DNA of 60,236 bases, filler included, from Sphacelaria rigidula (taxonomy: Eukaryota): assembly GCA_964200075.2 (NCBI GenBank). It is 6 parts of 6 records of this genome, joined end to end, with 100 filler letters (N's around TTAATTAATTAA, not from the genome) between each part and the next. Parts side by side here need not be neighbours in the genome. Positions count along the whole stretch, not along the records: positions 20,115 to 30,070 come from CAXNAA020007423.1; positions 30,171 to 40,126 come from CAXNAA020007424.1; 4 more parts are not named here. One strand, 5' to 3'. The first letter of the stretch is position 1. Each line of letters begins with the position of its first letter. Positions 24,238 to 38,399 of this stretch are shown one piece after another. The notes beneath the pieces were generated by a model. The model saw only the letters and a list, made by a program, of their open reading frames with translations, had not been told where the DNA came from and did not search any database. The position numbers and the translations under genes were made by a program.

Positions 24238-24343
24238 TTAACCCTTAGACCGCGAGATTAGTCTTTCTGGACCATGCATACTTTTTTTCACTTGAAATTG
24301 ATGCCGATTCAACAGAAGACTAACCTCGCGGTCTAAGGATTAA
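24238..24343. mobile_element. piggyBac-like MITE (98 bp between TTAA sites)
   Basis: TTAA CCCTTAGACCGCGAGATTAGTCTT ... AAGACTAACCTCGCGGTCTAAGGA TTAA. Confidence 0.8.
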
Positions 24344-27300
24344 GCACAATAAGTATCGCAGTACAGTATGAACGCACAAATTGAAAAAATGCTGCCACTC
24401 ACATATATCAGATGGTCATGTCATTTCTTGGGAGATGTATTTCGTGGAAGATGACAGGAGCCTTAATTGAGCTGAAAAGTCTTTTTCGAAGCAGAGCGCT
24501 ATGCATATGGCGCGAAAAATTGGGAGTGTCCTTTGGAGCTGTGGGGATGAACGAAGTCACTGTATGCAGCTAGCTCTCTCCGGCGAATTCCTCCCGGGCG
24601 GTGATGGTGCGATGGCAGCACCCAGAACGCAGCGTTGGGCGCAATGCATGCGCATGCATGCGTGTTCGACTCGCATAGGTACGACGGGCTACCAGTGTAT
24701 AACCGTATAGCACGTTTCACGTCCAAACTGATGTCGGGGTTGAGCAAATGAGCTGGGTATACAGCACGCACAGTGCGTGAACTCCAATCGAGGCCGCTGC
24801 TGAAATGCTTTGCCCTTGTGCGATTGGCAAGATCTTGAGATGGTGCCAACCACTACAGTAAGCATTCGATCTCGGGCTCCACTCCACCCCCCCCAGCTCA
24901 AGAGGGCAAGTTGCATTGAATTATATTAGATAAACCAGTTGTCATTTTCTGTGTCACAAGCTGCATAATATACACATAACACGTTCACGGTCACGTTACG
25001 TTTATCACGCACGACACAGCAGCACAGCGCTGTTTCTTCGCGCGCCCCAAAATTCTAGAATTATCCCCACACGCCTTGAGAAGCGCGACTAGGTACTTCG
25101 CACGTGTGAAGAAAAAGTCTTGTTGACTGGTGCGTTTTTGGCCTGCTCCGTCGTTTTACACATGCAAAAGTGGGGGCAGGCGGATGTCATCACTTGGAAT
25201 GATGTGCTTTTCTCGCGGAAACCATTCCTGTGGACCTTCGCGTTTCACGGTGGCTGCAGTTTTGGCCAAACTTGTATTTTCTATAGCATCCTGTTTGACT
25301 TTTTTTTTCTGTTCCTTCGTTTCTTCAGTGGGTGTTTTAATTTTTCTTCTCTTGGGTACGTCTATCACGCGAACCCGGCTGGACGCCTGCGGGCTGCGGG
25401 GGTCAGTCAAAGTACGGCAGTCAAGTCAAGTCATATCTAAATCAAATCAATCAATCAAAACGGCCAAGTTATAAAAAAAAACTGTAAGTTGTCTCCCCAT
25501 TTTTTAATAACTTGACCGTTTGTTATTGAAAACGAAACTTTGGCCAAAAGCAGAAATGCGGTCACCGTAAAACGCTGAGGTGCCACGGAACGGGTAAACA
25601 AGGGAAAGAAGTCATTCCAAGTGACCTCCGCCTAGCCCTCTTTTCGGGCTTGAAACCAAGGGCCAACATGCACTTTTTAATAAGATATTTTTCAACGCAT
25701 GAGAGGTGACGTAATCGGTGGCATTTATTATAACTTGACCGTTTGTTTTTTGAAAACACAAGTTCGGCCAGAACTAAACTGTTGCCACCGGAGAACGCAA
25801 ATATGCCCTGGAACGGTCTCAACGAGTAGAGCGAGTCATTCCAAGGGGCCAACATTCGCGTAGCCCCCTCTGACGTACAATGACGGGAAAAGGGCCAAAA
25901 AGCAAGTTTACTCCTGAAATTGTTTTTGTTTACAAATAAGGAGTGGCCCTGTTTCTTAATTCCTTTTTTTTTCGCTTGGTTTTTCAGTTTTGGGGCGTGT
26001 GTTTTAGATTTCGGCCGCCAAACAGGGACCATCGTCATCACTTGTCTTGGACACTCCGCATCACGCCACGGAAACGAGCCTAGACCACCTTCCCGATAAG
26101 CCTCGCTGCGTGGTTTCCAGAATGACCTCCGAAAATCCAATTTAACATGAAAATACACGAGCACGAGGGAAAATACCAAAATACCTGCATTAACTGCAGA
26201 CGCCGTATTTGTTCATGTCCAGTTAGATTTTTGCCTAGAGTCTGTTGTCGAAATCTCGAGCCAGGCGGATCGGGACGGGGAATCATCTCGATGGGGTGAT
26301 GCAAATGTCCATATCACGTCATGGCGATGTTCCCTGTTTGGGTGCGAAAAGTTGGATCAAACGTCCCAAAACCGAAGAATCTCCCTCATGTATGTCGGGC
26401 GTTCATCGCGGGTATCGCACACATGAAGTGCTTGTCACGCGAAGTAAATAATAAGAAATGACGGCATTATGCTTTACCGAGCATTCTCGTTCTCATCCCT
26501 TGCATACGGACTCGCTGTTGCCCCCCATGCAGACACGAACTCATGTTCAAGGCACCTGGATCAATCCTTACCGGCTATTACATTTAGGTACCATACATAT
26601 GCACTTCTTGTACTGTCGGACGCGAACCAAACGACTCAAGTCGTTAATTTGGAAATACTACTTTATGTTACATGTGTATCTGTCTTGAGAATAAATTGCA
26701 TTTCGTCGACGTGCTCTTGTCCATCGACAGATAAGTGCCACACTCCTGAACTTCGCGCTGGCGGAGATGAAAGTGTCAAAGCTACACTGGGAAATTAAGC
26801 ATCCGGGAGGGCGTGCAGAGAAGATTGGCGAGCCCTGTGCATCCACAAACAACGGGGGACTCGCACCCGCAACCAAGCGGGCATTTCAGTCAGAGTGAGT
26901 GTTACAAGTACAAGGGGATAGCCTACGGAGACATCACAACAATTAATACTGCTCCTGGGCAAAGGACGCACATTTTGACTATATCATGCACCAGTACAGG
27001 TGTTGGCGTTTTCTCTTTACCTTTGGTGCGCACATGTGTTCGGCAGGACGTCTGTATACCCTAACCCTGTACCTGCATGACGCCATTTGACTGCCTCGAT
27101 GATATTTAGGATGTGAAGCTAGATGCTGGGGTTCTTCGTGGGAGGATATCGCTCAGCGTCGGGACTGAGATAACTTACGGTGGCAGATCGCTCCCTGCAG
27201 CACGAACCGGACGCAGTTCATCTGCCCTTACGTCGCGAAGCAACCCGGTACGTATTCAAATATCTGCACTGCTGTGGTAATTGATCTCCCAGGAGATTCT

Positions 27301-30189
27301 TGGAACAAAAAAACTATGTGGCGAGTTTTAGTAGGTCTTGGTATACCACCGCTCATCCTGAAGCACGTTTGATCCCTAGAGTTGGAGATGAGGCGACACC
27401 AGGCATACGCTTTACGTTTTGAAATAAAATCGTCCCTGTACTCAATATCGAACGACCTCCGAGTCGAATCGACAGGGGTCTTCTTGACCGTTTTGGGTCC
27501 TAACCTGATAACTCCTCGGCTGTAGCGCAACGGTTATGTTAAAATGATAAATAAAGGCCTGCAAGTTTGTTTCACGAGAGCTGTCACGATTATTCTCTGC
27601 TCTGCACGGTCCGGCAATTTTCGTACCTGGGTAAGTTCCTGAATTTTGTGGTACATTTTTTCACCTCTCGAAATTTCAAGCGTCTATCTACATTTTGAAA
27701 ACAGAAGCAGGTCACCCTCATGGGGACAATCATCAAGTCGCTGTCGTCGGGGTGGGGCGGAGTAAACACAACGTCCATCGGGGAATATCGACCGTCACTG
27801 GTCCAAAGCCCAAAGCTTTCCGACTATAGCGCAAAGAACAGATGATAAATAGAACAAAACTTGACTTCGCTTGTTCACAGCAACGGTCGGAGTTGCCTCC
27901 ATGGATTGTTTCCATCGAGCAAAATACCGAAGGGTTAGAAGCTACGACTCCGTAGCCGCAGTGTCCCCGAATATATCACTTCAGCCCGTCAATTTTTCAA
28001 TATTGTGGAGTGGATGCATAGTATTTTCCGATCCCCAAACTTGAATATCAAATATTCTCTGGGATGAGCGGTGGCATGCGTGAAAACTTTAGACAAATGC
28101 CGCCTGCGAAAATATCGCAAAAGTACTGCAGGGTGTGTACACTATTGCAAAGACTGTCGATGAAAATCGGGTGTTTCTGTACATTCATCACCCAGCGCCA
28201 TCACCTTTTCATCACGTGTTCGCGGTGGTGTATGCGTGGCGCGAGAACGATAATATTGTGCTCCCTTTTCCCAAAAATAACGATCCAGCCCCCCAACCAA
28301 TCAATCCCAACCCAAAACTCGAACATTACTGAAATTTGTTGTTCCGACGCACAATTATAAGAAATAAATATTACAATATTTCGGAATTTGGGTTGGAGTT
28401 GGGTTGGGGTGGCATGGTTTGGATTTATAATTTTCTTGACAAGGGAACATCATATAGATCATCTTGGTTACAAATCATGTTTGTAGCGACGCTTATACCA
28501 TACACTTGTTGACACCGCACGAGAGTTGAAGTAACCACGTGTCATGTTGTTTTTTCTTTCTGACGTCAGGTGGGTCGATGAGCTCTAAGTCGCACTGAGG
28601 AAAGATCCCCGATTACTCCACTGTACGACAGGCTTCTGGGACAGGCCCGGCCACCGACGAGGCCGCACCATCGTCTAACGAGTCGGGTGATGACGGCGAA
28701 TTCGTCGGTTACCGCGACGACGCAGGGTCGTCTCCCGCCGATGCCGACGGTTATTGCGTCATCAAAAACCCGATGCCGGCGACGAAGACAACTCTGAAAA
28801 CAACAAAGAATATGGCTTGAGAACTCCGGCGATGATTATTCTCGCCGTAGCATCCATCGACCGCTGACTCCAATCTACGACCTCATCAGCCAAGACAAAG
28901 TAGTGTAGCAACGTTGCGCTGCCATGCTATGTTTCCAAAATGGCGACGACAAACTTCTGCGAGTGTTGATTTTGTTTCATGGCCGAAATCTAGGGGCCTG
29001 CGATTGAGGGAGGGGCACCACGTTTTGCGCCGAGTATGCTGCTTTTGTATCATGTCGTGAGTTCGAGTGATCATGTGCCTCTTGTGTCGGAGCTCCTTGG
29101 AATTGTTGGCGGTGCTATGGTTCACACAAGAATTCTCAAACTGTAATCGTACAATTTTATAGGTGGAGCGTTCTCGTAGCCCTGTGTGGTGCCATCATTA
29201 TCTTGTGTTTGAGCTGGGCGGTTTTGTACGTGTAAGCAGACAAACGTTACGAGAGTGATTGGAAAAGAATAATGCCGCGGCTTTTTTTTTTGGGGGGGGG
29301 GGAGAGGGAGTTATGGTTAAACAGACAAATCACGGCGATCAATATATTTTTTCTCACGTACTCGAGATATATCGGTATATCTATGCGAATCCGGAGATGA
29401 CTAGACATGAATACATGAAGGAACACAGCTACAGCCCAACCGTATTCCATGGGGCGGCACGTCTCAGCAGCGGTCACCATATCCGGGCGTTACCTTGATC
29501 ATGGCCTGCCAAACAGGGGCTGTGCATGCTCTAGCGTTGTAAATGGCATCCGTGGTTGTTACCGAGGACAGGACTCGACCGTGCACGTGAGCCGAGTTTG
29601 GGATATCCGCAACAGGGTCCATCCTTTATCAGGATTTGTCCTGTGTATTTTTCACTCGGCACAACGTTCGAAGTTGTCTACGGTGCGCATTGTCGGACAC
29701 CTTGGTAGATGACATGGTCTATCGGGGTCTTGTGAAAAACGCAACCTAGGCAGGGTACTAATCCTCATACCCGGAAAGGGTGCATCCTTGAACAGGGTTA
29801 ATGAAATATGTCCCCCCTGCAGAAAATCTGAGCCAGTGCAGGGGCCATCCTTGTACAAGGCCCGTAACATCCGACTCTCTGTACAAGGAGTGACCCTGTG
29901 CAGGGTCCGAAATGTTTGGATACCTTGGTTGGTGGTTGCAATTGACAAGGTCATCGCAAAAGTAACCCTTGACAGGGTATTAACCCTTTTGGGACCGTTG
30001 ATGGAAAACTGAGGATTTACAACTGAGGTTTTCCCACAATAAATGGCTGTGTTTCATAAGCTTTGGAGCANNNNNNNNNNNNNNNNNNNNNNNNNNNNNN
30101 NNNNNNNNNNNNNNTTAATTAATTAANNNNNNNNNNNNNNNNNNNNNNNNNNNNNNNNNNNNNNNNNNNNTTTGATTTTGGAACACACC

Positions 30190-30257
<68 letters not shown>

Positions 30258-30476
30258 GAAAGTTCATGCTTGAACAAGCTTGTTCCGCGTGGAGTTTTCA
30301 TGCTTGGGCTCCTGACCTCTGCAACGATATCATGTCATCTGTTGAGAAGAGCCCCATCCGTCCTCCACCGTCCGCGCGTCCGCTCCCTCCGGGGCCGTGC
30401 CGCCCGCTTGAACGTTTCGTCACGCGTGGTGCGTTTTTGTTTTATGCTCTCTTGTCCTCTTGTCTTGACTGTGTAG

Positions 30477-32998
30477 ATGGACAACTCGGTGGAAGTTGTG
30501 GAGGGGCAGCACGCGGGATCGAAGGGGACGATCAAGCACATCGATCGGACCACACTGTTCTTGCACTCAAGGACGCACACGTCCAACGGAGGGGTGTTCC
30601 CCGTACGAGCCAGGAGCGTTGTCCTGGCCGGAAAGATGAACAGGGCACAGGTGTGTGTTTGTGTGTGTGTGTGTCGTCAGAATTCGTCCGCGCCTCCGCA
30701 AACACCGCTTTCATACTAGAACGCCACATTATGCTTTGGCTCAAGAATTGTGGTATTATGTGCTGTCCCGTTTCCTACGTACAGCAGTGTCCCTATTAGA
30801 ATTACCACAAATTAAAATCCCCGCAAGGCCCAAACGAATCGAACTCAGTGTGGTATCTCTCGGTTCCCTTGTCCCCATCAACTCACCAACCACCACACTG
30901 TGTGTGTGTGTGTTCGCGTTGGCTGGTATGTTCCTGGGGCCAAGTTGATAGGGGACTTTAGTGAGTTCGACTGCCACCCACACTTGCCTTGGGCAAAGCT
31001 TTCCGAACGCGCTCCAAGTGCTTACCCCACATGACTGCCGCGAGGCGGTCAAGCCGAGCCCCCGAGTAATCGGCACATGAATCTGTTTGCGGGGAATGTG
31101 TTGGACGATGTTTTCCTCCTTCCTTCAGGAAAAAAGAAAAGAACAGAAAAATTGGAGTGGTGTGTTGGTATATTTTTCTGTGTCCTACTCCATTATGTCG
31201 AATTCCAGCGTGGATTTCGTGTGTCGTATATCGTAGTTTCGGTATCTGTGGCGCGCGCGTATGTTTCGATTGTACAGTAGTGGGCGGTCTAACTATGCAT
31301 TTTGTGGCATTCTGCGATTTGTTCGTAATTGGCGATTTTCTTGGGCTCTTTCCGCTTGCCACCGCTCATCACATTGTGGATCTGAAGATACTTGTATCCG
31401 GTTCACATTCGAAGAAAAAAGTATCACATATCTTCAATATTGAGTGACTTACGGGCTTAACGGTCATCGGAGGTCCTGCCACGTTTCAGCCCAGATTCTG
31501 ACTCTTCGGTATTTTCGGTCGATCGAGCCTGTCCCGATCATTTTGTGAAGAAATGTATAGTTTTATTTTCTTGAAGTTATACCCACCCATTGCACTAGAG
31601 CCGAAAGACTGTATTTTACGGTCAATAACACCCTCCTGATAAACGAGGTATTTGCTCGTATCGCCCGATAACACCAACTAACACTGACTTGGCCACTGTG
31701 TTTCGAGGGTGATCCTGTTTCTTGTACCAAAATCTACCGACGCTAGCAATTTCGAGTTCTATCGAAGAGCAGTGCGCGAGGGAAATCCCAAAACACCCCT
31801 GAATAGTTAGACCCCCACTACTGTATCTGGGGAGGCGTGCTCATACGACGGAAAGGAGGGACACGGCTTGTGTGGGTGGTGTGCTTATTATTTCTCCATT
31901 TGGGATGTTCAAGTTTCGACCGCAGGTCTGAACAGAGGGGGGTTTACACTAGTACAATGTACGTATGTGATTTATGCATGTTCTACCTTGCTGTTTTTTT
32001 TCACTGATCAGAAAGCGTTCATGTTTCCGATGGGTTTTATCTCGGGTACATCTGTCATCTGGATCATTACCACGACTGGATCGTGACTCCTGGGGGATGA
32101 GTGAATGTGCGACAATCAATCAATCAATCAAATGTCGGTCCAGTGCGGATATGTTCACAGAAGTGGCTGCCCCAACAAGGGACATGGTGTGCATGTTTGT
32201 GTGCGTCACATGTCAAGGTTTTTATTTTGGATCTTTCGACACGTGAGAGTGGATAATAACCAAGGCTGGGTCGTTTTTTTCCCTCCTTCTTGTCTTATTT
32301 TTTGGCGTGCACTTGCGTGTGTTACATGTCCAATATATATATATATATTGTTATACGAAATAAATGCATGGCTTTGTACTTGTGTGTTTTTGTTCGTTTG
32401 TTCGTTTTGCTCTGCTCAGGCTGCTGCGGGGTACATGGGAGAGATCAACGCTTCGGCAAAGAATGACATCGTGAAGGACTTCCGGAACCGTAATGATGAA
32501 ATGCTGTCCAAGACTGTGAAGGTCAGCCGTTTTAGCTAGCCGGGAAAAAAACGTGAATAGCATGAAATGCGCGGGATGGCATGGCGTTTCTTGCGAAAAA
32601 CCTACGCTGAGCATTTTCGGTGTGTCATGATCCACGCAGTATTGGCTGATTGATATCCTTCACCTTGGGTAAGTCTCATCGCTTCACCACGGCAGGATTT
32701 ATAACAGAGGCAGTAGTTGATGTGAAGCGCGTCAAGTGATGTACTTCGCTGGTGTTTTGTTGTGACGGCACGACTGGATTTTCGGGGCGGTTGGGCGTAC
32801 TCATTTGTTGCTTGCCTTAGTCATTTGACCATTGACCACGCATCCCTTTCGAGACGGGGCGGTGGGGCGGGGGGGGGGGGGTACAGATTGGTTGCTTTCC
32901 TTGGTCTTTTTGCCCTTTACCACGCCTCCCTTTCTGGCAGGAGNNNNNNNNNNTTTCGCCCTTGCGCAGTGCGCGGCACATGTGGCGCGGGGGCGTGT

Positions 32999-33033
<35 letters not shown>

Positions 33034-35617
33034 ACTCATTGGTTGCTTGCCTTGGTCGTTTGACCATTGACCACGCATCCCTTTCGAGACGGAGTGCCGT
33101 TCCTACTCCTACTCCTTACAGAGACTGACAACTCCAACATTTCGGTGCCCGTTACGTTTCTTCCATACATCGCATAAAACCCTTTTACATATATTTCGCC
33201 CTTCCTGTTTCACCGGTTCTGTGACCACCATTTATCTCCTAGTATAGCCATCGTTTTCTCGCTACTATCCAATCAACCCTTCTTGGACCGGACCCCCTCT
33301 TAGCAGGGGTGGGAATCTGGTCTGCACGTAGGATCCATTTGTGAACGAGTATCATTTCACACCCTGGATAATGACGAAATATGACATCTTCAAGAAGCGT
33401 ACTGCGTAAAGTACGGAAATTTTTCTCTTTTGCTGTAGACGCAATAGTCGATACTGTGCGCAGTACATTTGTTGAACGTTCCTTCTGTCGTCTAGGGTGT
33501 GCATTATTCTCATTTGTTTCATGTGAAGATGAAGCCAACTCGCAACGGGCCGTCGCCCCCCAGTTAGTCCACTACGGTCTCTCAAAAGTGTTGACTCTCC
33601 AAAAAGATGCGTGAACGTCATGTGATACCGTATAGGACATCCACTTCGTGTTCTTCTCATACTCCACTCTCATGTTATGTTATGTTGTGATATGTTGTGC
33701 TATACCATGAGTTCTGTTGTATGCGCACCTTCTTTGCTTTTTGTCTGTCTGGGAAAAAAGTTGGCGTCTTTGGGGGTGTGATATCCTTCATATGCCTCAC
33801 GTAAATGTATGTTATTGCTGGTCCTTTGTTTTGATTTGTCAGGGTTGGTTTTCATTCGTAGGGGTGTTATTCAGCGTATGTGTATCGCGTACTTTGGTGT
33901 GAAATACCTACGGTACAGAGGGAGTTTCTCGTTTTGGATCCTTCTGATGTGTTGGCGGTGTGCTTCGAACAGGTGATCAGGGGTCAGAACAAGGGGCTGA
34001 TGGGGCAGGTAGTGGAGGCCACAGACACCCACGTCAAGGTTGAGCTGCACTCCAAGCTAAAGAAGGTCACCGTCCCCAGGAATCAGGTGAAGCAAACTTC
34101 GCCGATACAGTACGGGATGTAGGTCATCATCCATTGGATAATGACTGCGCAAGTGTATTGTACAGTCCACTCCGGAAAAGCAAGAGGAAGACAAGGAAGA
34201 GAGAAAAAAACAGTGTCTGAAAATATGAGAAAAGAGCAGGTCATGTTATTATATATATATACATTTTTTTTTTCAAAATATATTTGTCCTCCCCTTGTCC
34301 AAACACTAAAAATAAACCAAACCAAAAACATTTTTTTAATGAAATATACGATATACTCTTGTTGGATCACCTAATTTTCACGTTATTGTTCTTCACCTAG
34401 GACCCCAATGTGTAGGTGTACACGACGCGATATGTCGCAGGATGATTGATACGCCGTGCGTCCACGTTGAGGACCTGACAGCGACTTTTCAATGCTCTGC
34501 CTCTTTTCACACAGAAAGGGTCTGTGTTGTACTGTAGCAAGCACACGCTGGACAATTGATTACATTGCCAACAAAAAGTGTACTGCGTACAGTATGGAAT
34601 CTAAAGTCTTCTTGCAAATAGACGCAATAGTCGACACTGTACGCATTACATTTCTTAATGATATAATCTGTGTGTTCAGGGTGTGTTTCGTAGTATTTGT
34701 ATTTGTAATGGAAATTTCTGGCTATACGCGAGTATCTTGTGTCTGAGGATGGCTCCTTCTATTCCCGCCGATGTGTGCTTGTGTGTGGGGGGGGGTGCTG
34801 GCTGGTACACAGGTGAAGGTGGTCGGAGATCAGGGGGGTGCGTACGCCGGAAACCAGTTCCAGAAGCCGAGGACCCCGGGACATGTGCCCGGGACTCCGT
34901 ACCTTACGATGCAGGTGAGGGTCATGTGGAGGTGGGGGTGGCGCTATAGAGCACCATGAGGGGTTCACCCGTGTCTGTTTTGTGGAGGAGCAATGCGGCA
35001 CAATATTTGTAGTGGTTCTTTCTGTGTGCAGTTTTTTTTTTTTGTATTTGATCAGTTGGTTGGTTTGTTGGTTAGTTGCCGCACATCAACTAACTGTAGT
35101 GTACATGATGTTTGTGTGTTTTTCATATGTGGGTTCTGGCTGTGATTGTGGCTTGTCAAGATGATGGTGTACAGTGGTGGGGGTGTGGTACGTGGAGGCT
35201 GGGGAACATCATCTCCAAATCGTATGTGAATTGATGATGATCTAAATACTTTCCATATACTAATATGTTTTACACACCACCACTGGATCCCTTGAGGATG
35301 AGTTCAAATGCAATAATTGATCAAACAAACACATGGTGTTTGCACGGATGAGTTTTTTTTTTGTGTGAGTGTGTCCCACCGAGGTTGAAGGAGACGAGCG
35401 CTGCGGGTAAAATCCACCATTATTTTTCTTTTCCAACTCGTTTCAAGTGTATTTGCGATTTGCCTAGGGTGGCTTGCTAAACTGACTGACCAGAACAAAT
35501 GTAAATCTCAAAAACCAAAGGGGGGGGGGGCAAAAAAGGAGAGGCGCACTCATTTGCTGGGTTATCGGTCAGCCAAAGTAGTGCAGTGACCTAATACGAG
35601 TGTTTTTCCTCCTCCTC

Positions 35618-35650
<33 letters not shown>

Positions 35651-35899
35651 TGCTGCTGCTGCTGCTCTCTTTCGCTTCGTCGCCCCGCTCCTCTCCATTT
35701 TCGTTTTGTGTTTGTCTTTGCGTCGGTCCCACCGAACGTGCGTGTCATGGTGCGGTTCTCCCCTCCTGCTCCTGTCTTTCTCTTGTCACGTCTTGTGTTG
35801 TCTTGTCCTTGTCTCCTGTCTCTCCATCTATCTTATCGTATGTTCTTTCGTGCATGACTGTCTTGACCTGTGGAAAACGCACCCCTACCCACAACCACC

Positions 35900-35930
<31 letters not shown>

Positions 35931-37832
35931 CACCAAACCGCACGCACGCTCAAACACACAAAAGACCCCTCTGCACGGGTCTCAGACTCCAATGCACGGG
36001 TCTCAGACTCCCATGCACGGGTCTCAGACCCCCATGCACGGGTCTCAGACTCCCATCCACGGGAGCCAAACTCCAATCCACGGGAGCCAGACCCCCGTCC
36101 ACGGGTCGCAAACCCCTTTGCATGGTTCGCAAACCCCCGTCCACGGTTCCCAGACGCCGCTGGGGGCGGGAAACCAGACCCCCGTCGGGGCGGGGGGGCA
36201 GACTCCCCTCCATGGGTCGCAGACTCCCTTGCATGGGAATCAGACTCCCCTGGGAGCGGGCAACGAGACCCCCGGCGATTCTTGGCGCGACAAGCCATCC
36301 TCGACGTCTTCCCGTCAGGGGTGAGTTACTTAGGGATCCTTCCTGCCACGATCAGTATTTATTCCCGACGAGGGAAATCACGACGAAAAACATAATGGAA
36401 AATCCACACACATCTTGGACACATGTAGGTTGAATAGTTGGAACAGGCAAAAAAATGTACTGCGTAAAGTATGGATTTACTGCAACTAATGTGTTGTGTG
36501 TAAAGTATGGGTCTATTGCAACTATTGTGGACCGACAATAATTGCAATAGGTGCGTGCTTCTCGCAGCACATCTTTTTTTTCGCATCTATTGCAACTATT
36601 GAACGTATACTGTGTCGTGCAGGGCCTGAAAAAATCGGATTCGGGTGTAAATATTACAAGTGGCGTGAGGTAGTATTTTAATATATGTGTATATATTTTG
36701 CAATTTTTCAGTACTTGTACTGCAGCTGCTAGGAATTCAAATTTTGGAATATGACCGAGAGAACGGCTGTTCCTTCTCGGGACTGTTATTTTTAGTTGAG
36801 TTCTTATAATCGCCTATTGCTTTTTTCTAAAAATTCTGTTCCAGTTCCTGTTTCTGTTTCTGACTTCGTTTTTCCCTTGAGTCAGATTTCCCCGTTTTGA
36901 CCTGGTTTTCTTTCCCCCCCTCAGTTTTTCCTCGTAGTAAATTGAGTGCTTTCGTTTTTTCTTCCTCGAAGATACGTCTATCTAATAACCATGGGTGGCC
37001 GGACCGGAGCGGATAAGTCGATGTACGATCATCATTTCACCAATCGATGAGTATGTCGTTTCACAAATCAATCACTGACTCATTTATTCGACCTCCACCT
37101 CGCAGTAAAGCGGTTCCCTAGCTTTCTCCTTTCTGTTGCCCTTCTTTTTTTCTCTTGTCTGCCGTATTTCATCAGTTGGTGACTTGAGAACTCCTGCGTA
37201 ATCGTTGGGTCTCCGGATAACCCGAGTCGTAACCGGCGCCATGCGCTCTCGCAGTCGCACGATCTCCATACCTCCACACAAGAGGCCCCGGCTGTTGTCT
37301 GTAAGGATTGTTCTAGGGATCCGGACTAGCTCTTTGCCTTCCACCTTTGTGTCAGTTCTTACAAGGGTATGTTCTGTAGGGCATACCTGCTCAAAATTCA
37401 GGTATTCACAGAAGTCTCAAGGAGGTATTGTATCAGAAAATACCCTTCAGAACCTTACCAAAGTGTTTAGAACAGGGCTCGATACCCTGCCGAGCCATAC
37501 TTGAATGTGCGTTACACACTCCGCTATGGTTTAGTGTGTCAACCGAAAATCACCCACTTCCGGTATACCCTACAGAACACAACCTTGAAGTTTTATTCTG
37601 TTTTTTGCTAGTTCTTTCTCCCCTCAACTATTCTACATTTTTTACCACACCCCCCCCCCCACCCACACACACACACACACACACCCCCACCTTATTTTTT
37701 TATTTTTTTCATTTTTTTTTTTCATATCAATTTTATNNNNNNNNNNCAGAACACAACCTTGAATTTTTTTTCTTTTTTTTGCTAGTTCTTTCTCCCCTCA
37801 ACTATTCTACATTTTTTACCACCCCCCCCCCC

Positions 37833-37865
<33 letters not shown>

Positions 37866-38202
37866 TATTTTTTTATTTTTTTCAAATTTTTTCCTCAGAG
37901 CAAGTTGAGTATTTCTGTTGATTGAGGATCACGTATATCCCGATGACCACGGCTTGGTATTCGTAGCGAATCAGTTGATGGGCGACAATCGATCAACTAA
38001 TCAATATATCGATCAGTACCTGACGGTCGAAGTGTTGCACACCCTGGATAATGAAAGATTGTGTTGCAAAAAATGTACTGCGTACAGTTTGGAATTTATG
38101 GTCTGCTGCAATAGGCGCAATAGATGATACTGTACACAACAGTACACTTCTTGACAATGTAATCTATAGTCAGCATCCAGGGTGTGAAGTGTTGACCATT
38201 AC

Positions 38203-38236
<34 letters not shown>

Positions 38237-38269
38237 ACCCACCCCCCCCCCCCCTTTCCCCCCCCGGGT

Positions 38270-38301
<32 letters not shown>

Positions 38302-38352
38302 GGGGGGGNNNNNNNNCCACCGCGGTGTTGGTGAGCGTACCAACCCCCCCCC

Positions 38353-38399
<47 letters not shown>

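Noticed and set aside
35706..36433. Alternative-frame repeat ORFs (ARVSDSH.., CTGLRLP..)
   Set aside because: Off-frame readings of the SPT5 CTR exon; only the TPxHGSQ frame fits the splice phases.
37570..37890. Tandem duplication of about 165 bp
   Set aside because: The two copies flank a 10-N gap, typical of overlapping contig ends left unmerged by the scaffolder.
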